A stretch of DNA of 38,800 bases from Candidatus Hydrothermarchaeota archaeon (GTDB taxonomy: Archaea > CAYFZR01). A program made the translations under genes and the position numbers. Shown here piece by piece: positions 7,221-15,894 of this stretch. The stretch spans positions 1 through 38,800 of the forward strand of contig JBHIEG010000018.1 of assembly GCA_046760505.1 (NCBI GenBank). The letters are read 5' to 3'. Position 1 is the first letter of the stretch. Each line of letters opens with the position of its first letter. The notes beneath the pieces were generated by a model, which ran no database searches, was not told the DNA's origin, and was given only the letters and a program-made list of their open reading frames with translations.

Positions 7221-9056
7221 TCACTTAATTTTAAGAATTAATTTATCTTGATCAATTTTCTCTATACTATATACAACCGGTATATTTGCTCTGACCTTCT
7301 GCGTCAAGTAATACTCAGGATTTCCAAGCACCAGATAGTCCCTTCCATAAATGGAGGTTAATCGTGCCAGTTCCATTGCTGTTCCTATGGGAAAACCATT
7401 GCTTAATAGCCTTGAGAAATTATAGCCTATTTTTAGAGCCTCTTCATTGCAAACTTTAAATAGCGTAACTATTCCTGCGACGGATCCCTTTTTGATTAAA
7501 TCTTCTCCCTCTTCATAGCTGTTGCAGGCATTTAGGAAGAAAGTTGGAGTGTTGTTTTCTTTAATTTCACTTGCCTTTAAGGATCCATCGCTACAGACGA
7601 AACCATCCTCGCAGTGACCTATGTAGTGCAATAGATCAAAACCTCTGGCAAATATATCTGATAACTCATCCCTGGATAAAAATTCATAGATCTTTGTTTT
7701 AAGGGGAATATCCCTTCTTTTCCTGTATATCTCTCTAACCATCTCTATCTCATCTATCATCTTCTCGTCGTTCAGTACTAAGGCGATATCGATGTGATCT
7801 TTATCTTTACCATAATATTTTAACTGATTGTAGAATGCTTTTTCAGTTGATTTTGCACAGTCTATGGATACTACATCAGAGATCCACATGTGATTGTGGG
7901 AGTCCTTTAAAAAAGGTCTTCCTACGGTTTTTTTCTCTGCCATGGCGAGTGCATCGCCTCTGAAGAAATCATTTAATGATAGTTTGATGACTTCTCTCTC
8001 TGATATTGGCTCGAATCTTGGCAGATATATCAATGAGAGATTGTTCAGCAAGAAAGGAATCGATTTCAAATTCTCCAAGTAAGGCTTTACATAGGAAGAG
8101 AGATGCCATTTCGGCATATACTTTTTAATTTTCTCGTCTGGAACATCTAAGTATATAGGAAGTTGCTCTCCAATGCTTTTATTATATATTTCATTTATAT
8201 CGAAATCTAAGCCCTCTAATGCCTCCAACTCTTTTAAATTAAATTTATATAATCCCGCGTTTCTCACCAGACAATCCAGGAAGAATATCTTTTGAAGTAT
8301 CCAGTTTACTTCGTTTTCGAATTCTGGGAATTTGGATAAATAATATTCAAAGCCATCTGAAACTATTTTTGGCTCTCCAAATCTTATATCTGCGAGGAGA
8401 TAATATGCCAGAGGCGCAACCGTATAAAGATATTCTAATTTCTCGGGAACAAAGATCTCAATGCCCGAGGAAAGTTTTTTTAAATTTTCTGGAACTTCGA
8501 AATGATCGGAGAACTCTATCAAGGGAGGATGTCCTCTTAGAGTTGGATAGCTTCTTTCGCAAGTGCTTGTTTTTATAGAAGATGAAAGAAGGGATATTCC
8601 ACTGGCAATGTCCTCAAGATCCTTTGTAACCTTTATGGTGAATTCAGGTCTCTTATGATAGGATCTCACTCCAAATATTATTTCCCTTTCTTCATCGAAC
8701 TCTAAGGAAATATTTGCATCCTTATCACATGTTATTCTTATCTCCGAATTTACAAATGCATATATCTTTACATGTGAATCGATTTCGATTATGTATCTGT
8801 TTCTTGGAATGATGAAAGAAGAGTTAGTTTCTATTTGTGTTACAACCTCGTAGGTATCATAACTTCTTATATGCGTCAGGAAAGTATCATACCTTATCTC
8901 CTTGCATATTCCGGAAAATGTAACGTCTACAGGATATCTGAATTTAAAATCTTTTCCGGTAAATTTCCAATCTTTGCAATAAAGTCTAACAAGTTTCCTT
9001 TCTGTTTTGTCATGGATCATCAATTCTCCATTTCGGTAATTTATGGAAAATCCCAT
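7221..9056 (-). CDS. CHAT/caspase-fold (clan CD) cysteine protease-like protein with large N-terminal domain
   Basis: LLHYIGHC (~7611-7634) and FFLNACNS (Cys ~7524-7526) form a His/Cys dyad; KTSTCERSYPTLRGHPP, FFLDCLVR and Y.VLG motifs as in a recalled haloarchaeal ~700-aa family. Confidence 0.75.
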   Translation of the reverse strand: MGFSINYRNGELMIHDKTERKLVRLYCKDWKFTGKDFKFRYPVDVTFSGICKEIRYDTFLTHIRSYDTYEVVTQIETNSSFIIPRNRYIIEIDSHVKIYAFVNSEIRITCDKDANISLEFDEEREIIFGVRSYHKRPEFTIKVTKDLEDIASGISLLSSSIKTSTCERSYPTLRGHPPLIEFSDHFEVPENLKKLSSGIEIFVPEKLEYLYTVAPLAYYLLADIRFGEPKIVSDGFEYYLSKFPEFENEVNWILQKIFFLDCLVRNAGLYKFNLKELEALEGLDFDINEIYNKSIGEQLPIYLDVPDEKIKKYMPKWHLSSYVKPYLENLKSIPFLLNNLSLIYLPRFEPISEREVIKLSLNDFFRGDALAMAEKKTVGRPFLKDSHNHMWISDVVSIDCAKSTEKAFYNQLKYYGKDKDHIDIALVLNDEKMIDEIEMVREIYRKRRDIPLKTKIYEFLSRDELSDIFARGFDLLHYIGHCEDGFVCSDGSLKASEIKENNTPTFFLNACNSYEEGEDLIKKGSVAGIVTLFKVCNEEALKIGYNFSRLLSNGFPIGTAMELARLTSIYGRDYLVLGNPEYYLTQKVRANIPVVYSIEKIDQDKLILKIK

Positions 9057-9087
9057 CTAAAACCACTATCGTCTTTTTTTGTTGAAG

Positions 9088-9107
9088 TTCTGACAGAATA
9101 GTATAAA
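9088..9107 (-). promoter_or_regulatory. Putative protease-gene promoter: TTTATA box followed by palindrome TTCTG-A-CAGAA
   Basis: TTTATA on the minus strand at 9102-9107; perfect 5-1-5 inverted repeat at 9088-9098 between the TATA box and expected start site. Confidence 0.35.
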
Positions 9108-9189
9108 CCTCTAGATATTTATCTTTTATCATACTATTTTTCGAAGTATAACAAAAATTATTTTATAGATGTTCATGACCTAAATACTC

Positions 9190-10647
9190 ATGAATTATAA
9201 TTTGCTTATCTTAATGACCTTTATTGCAATCACACTTTTCTTAGGTTTAAGAAGAAAGTCAATAGACATCCAGCAGATGCTTATTGCCGAAAAAAAGTTA
9301 GGTACCTTTGATACGGTAATAAATATATTTGCAACAAGTATAGGTCCCCATGCAATAGTAGGAACAATAGGTATGATATGGGTTATTGGGTTTGCAGAGG
9401 GAGCAGCTGAGTTAGCGGCTATAACAGGGCTTTTAATCTTCGCCTTTATTCTAATAAGACCCGTAAGAGAGAACTCTGAGTTTTCTCCTCCGGATATGTG
9501 GTACAACAGGTACGGCTTGGGAATAACCCTGTTCATTCATTTCATCTACTTTTTCGTGCTGTTAATCTCGTTTGCAGGGATCATTAAGGCAGGAGCATGG
9601 ACGGTAGGATCTCTGACAGGATTGGGTTTCCTCGAATCTTGCCTTCTGACCGTTTTACCCATCATGCTTTATGCTATATTTGGCGGCCTGAGATCCGTGG
9701 TTATAACAGATGTTTTTCAAGCCATATTTGTCTTCTTAGCCCTAGCTATTCCAGCATTCTTTGCACTAACAATGATAATAAAGGGAAAGATTATTGGCGT
9801 TCCTCATGAACTTTATAGCATGAAGTTTGAGGGAGACCCGAGCATAGCGGGGCTCGGGGTGTTTTCGAGACTTCTTCCTTGGTATCTCGTGATTTTATTG
9901 AATTACATCAAACCATCAAGCGTCTTGGGCTACAGGTCCATAAGCGCGGAAAGCGAGGAAGTGGCAAAAAAATCCATGTTTTACACCCTTCCTCTATGGA
10001 TATTTTATATGATCTGTGTTTTCTTGATAGGATACGCCTGTAAAGGATTGTTTCCAAACTGGCAGGATTTGGGCAACGATAGAGATAACGCATACATGTT
10101 TTTCGTTAGCGTACTTCCTTACAGTCAATTTTTAAAGCCTTTCTTGCTTCTCTGCCTTTTTGCTGCCATTGTCTCCACGATAGATACTCAAATAATCAAC
10201 TTAACAGCCGCCTATACAAGAAACGTCTACATAGTATTCTTTGAGAAAGTATTCAACTTGGAAGAGAGATTTAGGCTTAAGGCAAGCAGGATAATAGCAT
10301 TCATATTTGGTCTCACATTTTTGTTTGCGGTTCCGATAGTACCTAAGATAGAGAGTATCTGGCTTCTGGATATTTTCATCAGATCAGTAACCGCTGTCGT
10401 GATAGTTCCCCCTTATTTCTGCGCATATTTCCTGCCTAAAAAATTTGCAAACAAATATGGTTGTTGGATAGGGGTTATCTTGGGAATTCTCGGAGTATTT
10501 GCGGTCGAGTATTATAAATACAAAAATCACGTGAGGTTCATTCTGGGTTTGGTTGATACTTGGTGGTACGTGATCATATGCATATTGGTGACCATCCTGA
10601 TTATATCGTTCAGTCGAGTAGCCTCTTCTCTGAGAAAGATTGAATGA
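9190..10647 (+). CDS. Sodium:solute symporter (SSS) family transporter
   Basis: About 13 TM segments; YAIFGGLRSVVITDVFQ and AAIVSTIDTQ are SSS-type motifs. Confidence 0.8.
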   Translation: MNYNLLILMTFIAITLFLGLRRKSIDIQQMLIAEKKLGTFDTVINIFATSIGPHAIVGTIGMIWVIGFAEGAAELAAITGLLIFAFILIRPVRENSEFSPPDMWYNRYGLGITLFIHFIYFFVLLISFAGIIKAGAWTVGSLTGLGFLESCLLTVLPIMLYAIFGGLRSVVITDVFQAIFVFLALAIPAFFALTMIIKGKIIGVPHELYSMKFEGDPSIAGLGVFSRLLPWYLVILLNYIKPSSVLGYRSISAESEEVAKKSMFYTLPLWIFYMICVFLIGYACKGLFPNWQDLGNDRDNAYMFFVSVLPYSQFLKPFLLLCLFAAIVSTIDTQIINLTAAYTRNVYIVFFEKVFNLEERFRLKASRIIAFIFGLTFLFAVPIVPKIESIWLLDIFIRSVTAVVIVPPYFCAYFLPKKFANKYGCWIGVILGILGVFAVEYYKYKNHVRFILGLVDTWWYVIICILVTILIISFSRVASSLRKIE

Positions 10648-10663
10648 TATCCCTTTATTTTAG

Positions 10664-10706
10664 TTGTCTGACAAATATGGGCCATTATTTCTTTGTCTGA
10701 CGAAAG
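10664..10706. promoter_or_regulatory. Tandem palindromic operator-like sites (TTGTCTGACAA; CTTTGTCTGACGAAAG)
   Basis: TTGTCTGAC occurs at 10664 and 10693 upstream of paralog 2; first copy is a perfect 5-1-5 palindrome. Confidence 0.4.
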
Positions 10707-10761
10707 ATAGATGTACTTGAGGGCATAAAATCTATTCTACAATAGTTTGATGTGAATTGTT

Positions 10762-11535
10762 ATGTATGCCTTGGGAGAGGTAGATTACAAACTGATAGAG
10801 GAGTTTGCAAATTGTTATGATGTAGTCAGGAATATGCCTCACTTTCTTTACTCGAAAAATCAGCTTAATGAACTTAAAGAAACCACTGAACAGATTGGTA
10901 GAGATCTCAGGCATCACCTCTCTAGAGTTAAAGATCCTTTGGAAGTTGAAGAGATGATCTCTACTGCGATAAATAATATCGAAAATCGGAGAAAATCTTT
11001 TGGATTAAATGAAGTTATCCCTTATTTTAGAAGAAAAGAAATAAGCTTCTTAACTCGCCTCCATAAAAAAGCCCTTGATGCATCAATCCTTTTAGTATTA
11101 AAAAATGAAGGAATGTTAAAAATGACAAGGGAAAAAGAAGAAAACATAAAAAGCAGGATATGGCTTGGGATAGAGTTGAAAATGTATGCAATGCTTGGTG
11201 GAATTGAAATACCAGATGAATCTACCTTTTCCTATGAGATTCTTGAAAAAATATCTAAGGAATGTGTGAATATTTTGTATTCAAGAATCAAAGATGAGAG
11301 AGAAAAGTATCTGAGACATATACTAAATATCTTAGATTTCAAGCATAAAGTAGCACTCTATAATTTAGACCCAGATCTATGGCGTTTCTTTACCATAATA
11401 GAGGCGGTTAGATTACTGGATGTTTCTGGAGAATTCGTTCATGACTTGATTGAACTGTCTATACTACTTGAGAAATTGGAAAAAATAGAAAAGGAGGTCA
11501 GTTATCCCGGATGGGGCGGATGCGGTGGACCTTAG
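10762..11535 (+). CDS. Hypothetical all-helical protein, paralog 2, with extra C-terminal tail YPGWGGCGGP
   Basis: Colinear with 5994..6737 over 247 aa plus a 10-aa extension; GTGA SD-like motif upstream. Confidence 0.85.
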   Translation: MYALGEVDYKLIEEFANCYDVVRNMPHFLYSKNQLNELKETTEQIGRDLRHHLSRVKDPLEVEEMISTAINNIENRRKSFGLNEVIPYFRRKEISFLTRLHKKALDASILLVLKNEGMLKMTREKEENIKSRIWLGIELKMYAMLGGIEIPDESTFSYEILEKISKECVNILYSRIKDEREKYLRHILNILDFKHKVALYNLDPDLWRFFTIIEAVRLLDVSGEFVHDLIELSILLEKLEKIEKEVSYPGWGGCGGP

Positions 11536-13463
11536 CTACCGTGAATATTATCGCTACCATGTCTTACCTTGACCGCTACTCCTCTCTTAAATCTCATCAT
11601 TTCTTCAGAAGATAGAATTGATCTGCCCACTCCTAAAAGCGAGTCATTTTTGTTCACAACCAAAACCTCTTCTTGAGGACGTATATTCATGTCTGCATCT
11701 ACAACAAATTTCGAAAAGGCACTTTTTCCCTCTTTCACAAATTTTTCTGCCTCTTCTGATATCACAACTCTGTATTTGGGAAATTCCAAGCTATCGTGCA
11801 ATATTTTTGCTCCAAGGAAACTCAAACTGAACGTCCCATCTGTTCTCAGTGTTGCAACTACATCTTCTCCGTCGATTAGATATTTTATTCTTCCTTTTCT
11901 ACCTTTTCTAAAATCGAATTTGGAGAAGAATTTACCTATTCCACTTCCGAATTGAAAATCTATCAATTTTTCAATTTTTATACTGCTAAATTCTTCATTT
12001 TTTTCATTAAAACCATAATCAGGTTCGAAACGGCCGTAATCTACGAAGTCTCCAATTTGATATATTTCGTCGAAATTAAATTTCAGGTACTCCTTTATCT
12101 TTCCTAGGGTGAACTCTATGGTCTCCTTATCGAGTACACTAGGTAATACGGACTGCATGAGGGGGTAAACATCTTCTATTTCAATGGGTACCAAAAATGG
12201 TGGGCGAATAAATACGACATTGTATTCTCTCCAATAATTCCTAGCAATTTTCTCATTTTTCTCATTAAATACCATTAAAAGCTTATTTGAGCTTGGTTTG
12301 TATCTTGTAAACAATCTTTTGTAAAATCTGTAAACTTCAGGTCGATAGCACGATTCCGTGCCGGTGAAGAAAAAGGCTCTATTTTTTACCACGGGATCGT
12401 ACCTTTCTATAAATTCTATTTCTTCCCTTATAATTCTCAAGGCCTCTAACAACTTGGGATGCACCCTACACCTTTCTTCAACGAGTTCCCACAGAGATCC
12501 ATTCTTTATCGCCTGTTTTACTCTTTTTAATTCCAAGAAAGATACGTATAGGTTGTGTTTTGCAATGAGGAGTTCTTTATCTCGTTTTTCAAGTTTTTTA
12601 ATCTCTTTTAAGGGATATTCTAAACATACGGGGCAAATACAAGGGCTTTCTTCCAAATCTTTAAGTCTGAATGTTCCGTTAGCAAACATCAGTCTGTCAT
12701 CTCTTGCATAAATTGCATAGGAGGCAGAATCGAATGTATCACATCCAAGAAGGACCGCAAAAGGAAATATCATAGGATGACCGCACCCAAATAGGTGAAC
12801 GGGTTTTTCTATAGGTAATCCCTTTTTACATGCCATTATAATCTTAAATAATTCTGAAAATTCATAGTTTTCCATTAAAGGAACCACACCACCAATAGCA
12901 TACATATCAAATTCCAGTTTTCCAAGTTCTTGGGAACAGAAATTTCTTAAATCCAAAAAGGTAGAGCCTTGGACAGTAGCCATAATAAAATTGCCGTTGT
13001 ATCTTTTTTTTAGCTCTATACTTTCTTTAGCTCTCCTTAGAGTTTCTTCTAAGTCTTTTTCAGCATTTTTTTTAGATGAAAAGGGGGGTGTTGGTATATC
13101 TAGGAATACGGATACATCGCTTCCAATCTTCTGCTGAAACTCAAATATTTCAAGGGAATTGATCTCTAACTCATCGTACTCGTAGAGTTGATAACTCCCT
13201 GAATCTGTAAAGATAGGACCTTCAAAGTCCATTAATTTATGTATTCCTTCTTTAATTGCCTTTTCTCTTAGATTTTCATTGTTATAAATTATATAGGCGT
13301 TTGTGAATATAGTCTGAGCCCCAAAGTTTCTTGTTTCTTTTGGAGGTATGAACTTAATATCCGGATGAACTACCGGGATCAATGTTGGTGTATTGATTCC
13401 TCCATGAGGGGTTTTTATCTCACCGATTCTTCCTAGTCCATCTTTGTAAAATACTTCAAACAT
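11532..13463 (-). CDS. tgtA: Archaeosine tRNA-guanine(15) transglycosylase
   Basis: DGLGRIG, TP.LIPV, TDSGSYQ, VQGS, GGVVPLME, HLFGCGHP, FDSASY, CICPVC…H zinc site, C-terminal PUA domain. Confidence 0.95.
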   Translation of the reverse strand: MFEVFYKDGLGRIGEIKTPHGGINTPTLIPVVHPDIKFIPPKETRNFGAQTIFTNAYIIYNNENLREKAIKEGIHKLMDFEGPIFTDSGSYQLYEYDELEINSLEIFEFQQKIGSDVSVFLDIPTPPFSSKKNAEKDLEETLRRAKESIELKKRYNGNFIMATVQGSTFLDLRNFCSQELGKLEFDMYAIGGVVPLMENYEFSELFKIIMACKKGLPIEKPVHLFGCGHPMIFPFAVLLGCDTFDSASYAIYARDDRLMFANGTFRLKDLEESPCICPVCLEYPLKEIKKLEKRDKELLIAKHNLYVSFLELKRVKQAIKNGSLWELVEERCRVHPKLLEALRIIREEIEFIERYDPVVKNRAFFFTGTESCYRPEVYRFYKRLFTRYKPSSNKLLMVFNEKNEKIARNYWREYNVVFIRPPFLVPIEIEDVYPLMQSVLPSVLDKETIEFTLGKIKEYLKFNFDEIYQIGDFVDYGRFEPDYGFNEKNEEFSSIKIEKLIDFQFGSGIGKFFSKFDFRKGRKGRIKYLIDGEDVVATLRTDGTFSLSFLGAKILHDSLEFPKYRVVISEEAEKFVKEGKSAFSKFVVDADMNIRPQEEVLVVNKNDSLLGVGRSILSSEEMMRFKRGVAVKVRHGSDNIHGS

Positions 13464-14192
13464 TTAACTCATCATCTCTAAAAATTCCTTCGCTGATTCA
13501 AACATGTGTACGTTGTTAAACAAGCAATACAACTGGGGAACGTCTATGCTAGCGCATATTTCCTTTAATTTATTTAGATCCTCTTTACTGTATCTATAAT
13601 AATACATTTTTTCTCCCGGAGGAGAGCCATGCAATCTAAAATATACAAAATCTTTAGAATATAATGTTTTTTTAGCAAAAGGATCTGTACAATGTACTAA
13701 ATCAAGTTTTTCGCATAATTTTTTGATTGTATCGTCGTTCCAATCTCCTCTTGGCTCCCATACCAGATTCAAAGTGCCTCTATCTATGCATTCGAAAAAC
13801 TCCACTATATTGGAAATGTGTTCCTCACTCTCTTTGAATTTGGGAGGAGACTGGAAAACCACTATTTTTGCATCTAAGGCTTTGCAAGCATTTTTTGTTT
13901 CTTCCCAAGCATTAAAGTTCTCTTCAGTAGGTCTGAAGTATCCGTATTTATTTATGCTTTCTTTAGATATCTCTATTCCTCCTTTTTTGTAGGTTGGACT
14001 CTTTGGGGAATGAGTAATAAGTTGTGAGGCTTTAATGGTGAATTCAAAGTCGCGTGGGGACTGTTTCCTCCATTTTTTTAAGGTCTCCAGTCTCGGAATT
14101 TTGTAGAAGGTCTTCTGTACCTCTACGAGTTTGAACGTCTCAAAATATTTTTTCATTCCTTTAGGAAAGCCGCAGCAACCTATTGATAACAT
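13464..14192 (-). CDS. DUF72 family protein
   Basis: IGCCGF, VEVQKTFY, F.FTIKA.Q.ITH, FQSP, WEPRG.W, YFRLHG, FNN. Confidence 0.88.
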   Translation of the reverse strand: MLSIGCCGFPKGMKKYFETFKLVEVQKTFYKIPRLETLKKWRKQSPRDFEFTIKASQLITHSPKSPTYKKGGIEISKESINKYGYFRPTEENFNAWEETKNACKALDAKIVVFQSPPKFKESEEHISNIVEFFECIDRGTLNLVWEPRGDWNDDTIKKLCEKLDLVHCTDPFAKKTLYSKDFVYFRLHGSPPGEKMYYYRYSKEDLNKLKEICASIDVPQLYCLFNNVHMFESAKEFLEMMS

Positions 14193-14204
14193 TTTATCGA
14201 GAAG

Positions 14205-14291
14205 CGCCGGGGCTGGGATTTGAACCCAGGTGGAGCGGAAGCTCCACGGGCTCTCCAGGCCCGCGCCTTAGGCCAACTTGGCTACCCCGGC
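14205..14291 (-). tRNA. tRNA-Ser(GGA)
   Basis: GCCGGGG acceptor stem, anticodon arm CGGGC-CTGGAGA-GCCCG, long variable arm, GGTTCAAATCC T-loop; no encoded CCA. Confidence 0.95.
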
Positions 14292-14292
14292 A

Positions 14293-14601
14293 TTAGCCAC
14301 GTAACTCTATTTCTATGTTCACTCCCTCTGGAACCGTCACTCTTATAAGCTGTCTCATTGCCCTTTCATCCGCGTCTATGTCTACCAGCCTTTTGTGGAT
14401 ACGCATTTCCCAGTGATCCCAAGTCTCAGTACCTTCTCCATCTGGGGACTTCCTTATCGGAACAATGAGTCTTTTTGTGGGGAGTGGAACAGGTCCTGAA
14501 AAGCGTACACCGGTTTTCTCCGCTATCTTTTTTATTTCATTGCAAACTTCTTCCAATCTTCTAGGATCCGTTCCTGTGAGTCTGATTCTGGCTTTCTGCA
14601 T
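14293..14601 (-). CDS. rps10: 30S ribosomal protein S10 (uS10)
   Basis: [34 protein letters not shown]. Confidence 0.97.
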   Translation of the reverse strand: MQKARIRLTGTDPRRLEEVCNEIKKIAEKTGVRFSGPVPLPTKRLIVPIRKSPDGEGTETWDHWEMRIHKRLVDIDADERAMRQLIRVTVPEGVNIEIELRG

Positions 14602-14611
14602 GGGCTTTCCT

Positions 14612-15880
14612 CTACTTAGGCACTACATCAATCACTATTCCTGCAGCAACAGTTTGTCCCATATCTCTTACAGCGAATCTCCCCATATGAGGGATATCAC
14701 TTGCCTTTTCTATCGACATTGGTTTTGTAGGAACTATCTTAACTATTGCTGCGTCCCCTGTTTTAAGGTACGCTGGGTTTTCCTCTATGACGGCACCAGT
14801 CTTCGGATCAATCTTTTTCAATAATTGATCAAATCTGCACGCTACCTGAGCAGTGTGTGCATGGAATACAGGCGTGTAACCTGGTGCTATGGCAGATGGA
14901 TGTTGCAGTACTACTATTTGGGCTGTGAACTCTTTAACTACAGTTGGAGGATTATCTTCGTGCCCGCATACGTCACCTCTTCTTATGTCCTTCTTTGCAA
15001 TCCCTCTTACATTGAACCCAATGTTATCACCTGGTTCTGCCTTAGGTATCGATTCATGGTGCATCTCAATAGATTTTACTTCTCCCGAGACGCCAGCGGG
15101 CTGAAATACCACTTTGTCGCCCACTTTTAGCACACCTGTCTCAACCCTGCCCACAGGTACGGTACCAACACCAGTTATACTGTACACATCCTGTACTGGT
15201 ATTCTAAGAGGAAGATGTACGGGCTTTTCTGGTGGAGTTACCGCATCAAGTGCCTCTATTAATGTAGGTCCATCGTACCAATCACTCTTGCTGTCTATTA
15301 TGTTTTCCTTGCTTACCAAAGCAGCCATGGGGATAAAAGGAATTTGTTCTGTTTTGAATCCTATTGATTTTAATAATTTTTCTGTATCACCTTTTACTTC
15401 CTTGTATCTATTTTCATCCCACTTTACGAGATCCATCTTGTTAATTGAAACGATGAGTTGATTTACTCCTAGAGTTCTTGCTAGGAATGCGTGTTCCCTT
15501 GTTTGAGGCATTACTCCATCATCTGCTGCTACCACCAGGAGAGCCACATCAGCCTGAGATGTTCCTGTAATCATGTTTTTGACGAAATCTCTGTGTCCTG
15601 GGCAGTCTACTATGGTGTAATAGTACTTATCTGTCTCGAATTTGACGTGAGTTAAATCAATCGTTACTCCTCTTTCTCTCTCTTCTCTAAGTTTATCAAG
15701 AACCCAGGCGAACTTAAATGATCCTGCTTCGTCTTTTAAATCATGGTCTGAGATAACTCCTGTCTCATAGAGAACCCTTCCCACGATGGTGGATTTTCCA
15801 TGGTCTACATGACCAATAAAAGCCAAATTGAGGTGAGGTTTTTGTCCAGCCTTTACTTCTCCTTTGCTAACGAAACCCAT
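14612..15880 (-). CDS. tuf: Elongation factor 1-alpha
   Basis: [39 protein letters not shown]. Confidence 0.97.
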   Translation of the reverse strand: MGFVSKGEVKAGQKPHLNLAFIGHVDHGKSTIVGRVLYETGVISDHDLKDEAGSFKFAWVLDKLREERERGVTIDLTHVKFETDKYYYTIVDCPGHRDFVKNMITGTSQADVALLVVAADDGVMPQTREHAFLARTLGVNQLIVSINKMDLVKWDENRYKEVKGDTEKLLKSIGFKTEQIPFIPMAALVSKENIIDSKSDWYDGPTLIEALDAVTPPEKPVHLPLRIPVQDVYSITGVGTVPVGRVETGVLKVGDKVVFQPAGVSGEVKSIEMHHESIPKAEPGDNIGFNVRGIAKKDIRRGDVCGHEDNPPTVVKEFTAQIVVLQHPSAIAPGYTPVFHAHTAQVACRFDQLLKKIDPKTGAVIEENPAYLKTGDAAIVKIVPTKPMSIEKASDIPHMGRFAVRDMGQTVAAGIVIDVVPK

Positions 15881-15894
15881 ATTCTTCCCTCCTG

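Noticed and set aside
2629-7223. Genome-wide TGA recoding suggested by two in-frame TGA junctions (ccmC/ccmD and the protease)
   Set aside because: TGA ends several complete genes here (acdA; ccmB and rpoA' in ATGA overlaps), and ccmD has its own strong SD
5994-11535. Composite transposon or integrated element bounded by the duplicated genes
   Set aside because: No transposase/integrase motifs, terminal inverted repeats or att duplication seen; the copies are diverged coding paralogs
11511-11615. ATG-started frame after the AAGGAGGT at 11491
   Set aside because: Runs antisense into tgtA, has poor SD spacing and no peptide-like features
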